DNA of 64,000 nt from Leucoraja ocellata (taxonomy: Eukaryota): positions 496,001 through 560,000 of the forward strand of contig JAWMAR010000279.1 of assembly GCA_036785375.1 (NCBI GenBank), given 5' to 3'. The position numbers and the translations under genes are program-made. Each line of letters opens with the position of its first letter. Within the stretch, counting starts at the first letter, position 1. This document shows, piece by piece, positions 60,884 through 64,000 of the stretch. The notes beneath the pieces were generated by a model, which saw nothing but the letters and a program-made list of their open reading frames with translations, was not told where the DNA came from and searched no databases.

Positions 60884-61553
60884 GATCGAGTCGCAAATTA
60901 AGCAACAATTGGTAGATAAAAACAGAAAAAAAGGTGCCAAAACTAAATAACCCCAGGGACCCCTTGTCTGGCATGGCGACCCTGTTTATAGAATGGGAAT
61001 GTAGGAGCAGTAATTGAGACTATCAGTGAGAGATTTAAACAATGCAGACCATCAGAGAGACAGGATACTACTTGTCACCCCTTGCCTCTGCCAAGGCACT
61101 GCAGCAATTCACTCTCTCATCCCAACTAGAAAAAAGCTTTTCGCAATTTAAAAACAGTGCACAACAGCTTGCGAATTCTGCACCTTGGTCCCCACAGAAC
61201 CAAAGATTCTAGTAGACAGAATGGTCTTGCCAGGCATGAGGGATGTTCAGGAATTACAGAGGGTTGCCTCTGATGTGTAACGACTATGGAACCGAGAGGG
61301 TTCACCACAGGACTCTGGCTCACCCTTCTCGGACAAGTTTGTGTAAATTATATTTTTCTGCCCGTTCTTTTAGTTTATATCCAGTCCCTTACACATTCTG
61401 GTAAGGAGGTAAAACAATGGAGATACATCTTAAAATTTCAAAACCAAATTGTGATGCCCATTTTCCTTTGTGAAAATTCCATGTTAATTCAGTAAATCAT
61501 GTGTGGAATGGTTGGCAAGCTTATGAATGTATTTGGGTGTTTTAAAGTTTTAA

Positions 61554-61559
<6 letters not shown>

Positions 61560-61590
<31 letters not shown>

Positions 61591-62565
61591 ATTTTATTTA
61601 TGGGCGCCTTTCAAGACTCTCAAGGACACCTTACAAAATTTAGTAAACAGTTTAGTAAACAAATTTTAGTAAACAGAATACAAAACATGTAAGTGGAATG
61701 AAACAAAACAAAAAATAACGACAAAAAAATAAATAAAAATAGTAAAGACATCAACAATACACAATTCAAAGACACAATTCAAAGAGAGAGCAGCGGCAGC
61801 TAATCGCGCCAGCGTTCACTCTCCCTTCCGGCAGCCATCTTGGAAACGGAACAATAAGGATCTTTAACATAGAAACACAATGTCCAGTCCCCATCCCCAG
61901 TTCACCCATAGTCGGGCCAATTGAGGCCTCTACGGAGGCCTCTACGGAGGCCCGATGTTCCAGACCGTTCTCGCCGGGAGATGGTGCTCCAGTGTCGGGA
62001 GAGTCCTCTCAGCGGCTAGGGACACCTGGAACGGCCGCTTCCTTACCGGAGACCGCGGTTTCCGAAGCCGACAAGGCCGCGACGGTTGGATCTCCACCAC
62101 TGGCGATCTCATCGAGAGATCCCAGGCTCCAGATGTTGAAGTCAGCGCCGCCGCCCGCAGCTGCCAGCTCCACAGACCCGCAGCTCCGTGATGTTTTTAT
62201 CGGTGGTCTTCAGCTCACCGGACCTCCAGCGCGGTGACCCAGGCAAGGCATCACCTGCTCTGCTCCGCGATAGCGCTCCAGCGCTCCAGTGCTGTGCCGT
62301 CGCCGAAGCCGAGGTGCTGGGCGGTCCCCTCGGGAAAACGCCGCTCTGGTAAGCCGCGAGGACGGGTGACGGTGGAGCCCGGAGAAAAGCTGCCTCTCCG
62401 ACCAGGTAGGGACCTAGAAAGTAGTTTCCCCCTCCCCCCCCCCCCCACATAAAAAAAGTCTAGACCTCCTAAAAACAAACACTGAAACTCACTAAACATT
62501 AAAGAAAAGAGTGAAAAAGACGGACAGCTGCTAGCTAGCAGCCGTGCCCCAAGATGGCACCCCTA
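61560..62565 (-). mobile_element. GC-rich non-autonomous retroposon with an L2-like (TTA)n tail
   Basis: Inverted relative of 33182-34180; (TAA)n at about 61558-61588; candidate TSD AAGAGTTA (61552-61559, 62573-62580). Confidence 0.75.
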
Positions 62566-63475
62566 AAACTAAAAGAGTTAGAATGGTTTTCTTGAGGTGT
62601 GTCTAACTGTTTTTTATTTTTGAGTGAGAATTTTATTGTTTTAAAGTGTGTGAATATCTGTGAGATTCACCATATTGCATGAGGTTTAAAGGTTGTTGAA
62701 TTTATCCTATAATTCAAATGAAATAGGATATCATTGAATGAGCTTGCTCTTTTGCATAATAAATCCTTGTAGAGACTCATGTGTTTTAAGAGGGAGTGTG
62801 TGTCTCTTTAAGAAGTTGCAGTTGTGTGGGAGTGGAGCCACACATGGTTATTTTCTTTTCATTTGTTCTTAGCAAATGCGTTAGCAATCTATGAAAATTA
62901 ACAGTTTATTCTTTGTTTTCTCTTAACTTTCAACAGAGGAGAGATGAAAAATGCAGGTAATGCCTACAGCGTGACTGATCGCATGAATGGGACAAAACAA
63001 AATGTAAGTCGTCTATTTTACATGTAAACTTGTTTCTTGGGATGGCTTTAATCAAATTTTACGATGCGAAAATGTGATTGAGCCCCATACGGACCGTCAG
63101 TGTTTTCCTGCCTATATGGGGTTCAAATTCGCCACAAATGCAACGTTCCAATCGATCGCGTTCCAGAAAAACCCACTCGCAAGATGATTTAAATACTCTT
63201 TTTTTTGGATCAATGTTGTCTATATTTTGTGTTATTCTCTACCCATAGTCCATATTTTTATACTAAATATCAGTGTTAGTCCCATGTATTGTGCAAAAAA
63301 ATAATAATTTTAATTATATTGAGTGGATGCTTCTAGATAAATTTATGGGAATTAAACATTAAATTCCTTCCATCTGGCATATAAATTCATGATGGTGAGA
63401 TTTAAAAATCATGTTATATTGTGAATTCTTGTGTGCATGGGATTAGTTTGTTATTTGAATACTTGGGCTATTTAA

Positions 63476-63736
63476 AAAATATATCCTTTTCTTAAGAAAT
63501 GGAATCTACAGGACATTCTTAATGGGAAAGTATTGGGTAGAAAGGCATGTCATGTGTGGTTTGAAGAGCAAAAACTTGTAGTTTACGATGCCAAAATTGA
63601 AAAGTTGAGGAAAAACAAGGTGTACAGAGTTGCTTATTGGTTACAATCTGAGGAGTATGATGATGCAACTGATTATGATATGCCAATGTACCAGCTAGCA
63701 ACTGATCTTCTCCATAAAGACTTGGTCTATTGCTAG
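63476..63736 (+). CDS. Orphan ORF or terminal-exon-like fragment with small beta-barrel (Tudor/SH3-like) character, possibly from a DNA transposon
   Basis: Stop-free frame in AT-rich DNA: ...QDILNGKVLGRKACHVWFEEQKLVVYDAKIEKLRKNKVYRVAYWLQSEEYDDATDYDMPMYQLATDLLHKDLVYC*; possible acceptor ctacag|GAC at 63511; ATTAAA at about 63792. Confidence 0.4.
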   Translation, partial: KIYPFLKKWNLQDILNGKVLGRKACHVWFEEQKLVVYDAKIEKLRKNKVYRVAYWLQSEEYDDATDYDMPMYQLATDLLHKDLVYC

Positions 63737-64000
63737 AAATTGTAATTTATTTACCTATCTGTTGCGGATTTACAGCATACAATACAATAATATTAAAGTT
63801 CTGATCTTGCGAATATCACATTTTTGAATTTTCAAGGCAGTCTAGGTGTTTACTACTATTTCCATCACATCGGTCAATTTTGTAATTAACTACAATTAGG
63901 TAATTAACTAATTATATGCTTTAATTTCAGGTCATCAAAGTAAGATGTTTTATATTTGTTTCAGAATGCTTCAATCTATAATAACTGAAAATTTCATTCA

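Larger units (their letters stand above)
58441..61400 (+). mobile_element. Putative endogenous retrovirus remnant (leader plus gag-like sequence), interrupted by Penelope insertions
   Basis: Leader with 31-bp repeats and a strong-Kozak ATG at 58646. After joining 58726 to 60498 and allowing frameshifts and stops: MGNNLDKSD-GTPV*HICPKSNKDYRILSYKLTKCLGDESWLVRGT*-ETVKKAEKLILDKYTGKKWKKHIKEWKDDAQRKW. Confidence 0.45.

Overview
Eukaryotic, vertebrate DNA, most likely a cartilaginous fish (skate/ray). This is inferred from HE1/HER1-type V-SINEs, CR1 with a GDSL-esterase ORF1, Rex1/Babar, L2, BEL/Pao, Gypsy and abundant Penelope-like elements (PLEs). Well over half of the window is nested, mostly decayed transposon sequence. 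There are two assembly gaps (36152-36283, 57527-57656) and no prokaryotic features. The only likely host gene is on the minus strand: a CpG-island/CCAAT promoter with a non-coding first exon at about 9.1 kb, and a probable start-codon exon at 1577-1651 (MIPAEMKNYKFAGYVSISP, not recognised). A second TATA/octamer promoter with a splice donor lies at about 41.3 kb. Most interesting: (1) short PLE-derived units carrying minimal hammerhead-ribozyme cores, which insert with 13-14 bp TSDs and recur as inverted pairs, one pair enclosing a 58-bp copy of neighbouring host DNA; (2) a retroviral Gag-like remnant seen only after removing a Penelope insertion; (3) a GC-rich non-autonomous retroposon family with exchangeable L2 or Rex1 tails; (4) non-autonomous Helitrons carrying CCAAT/CTCF-like motifs; (5) an orphan beta-barrel-like ORF at the right end. 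Boundaries of decayed repeats are approximate, and no database searches were run.
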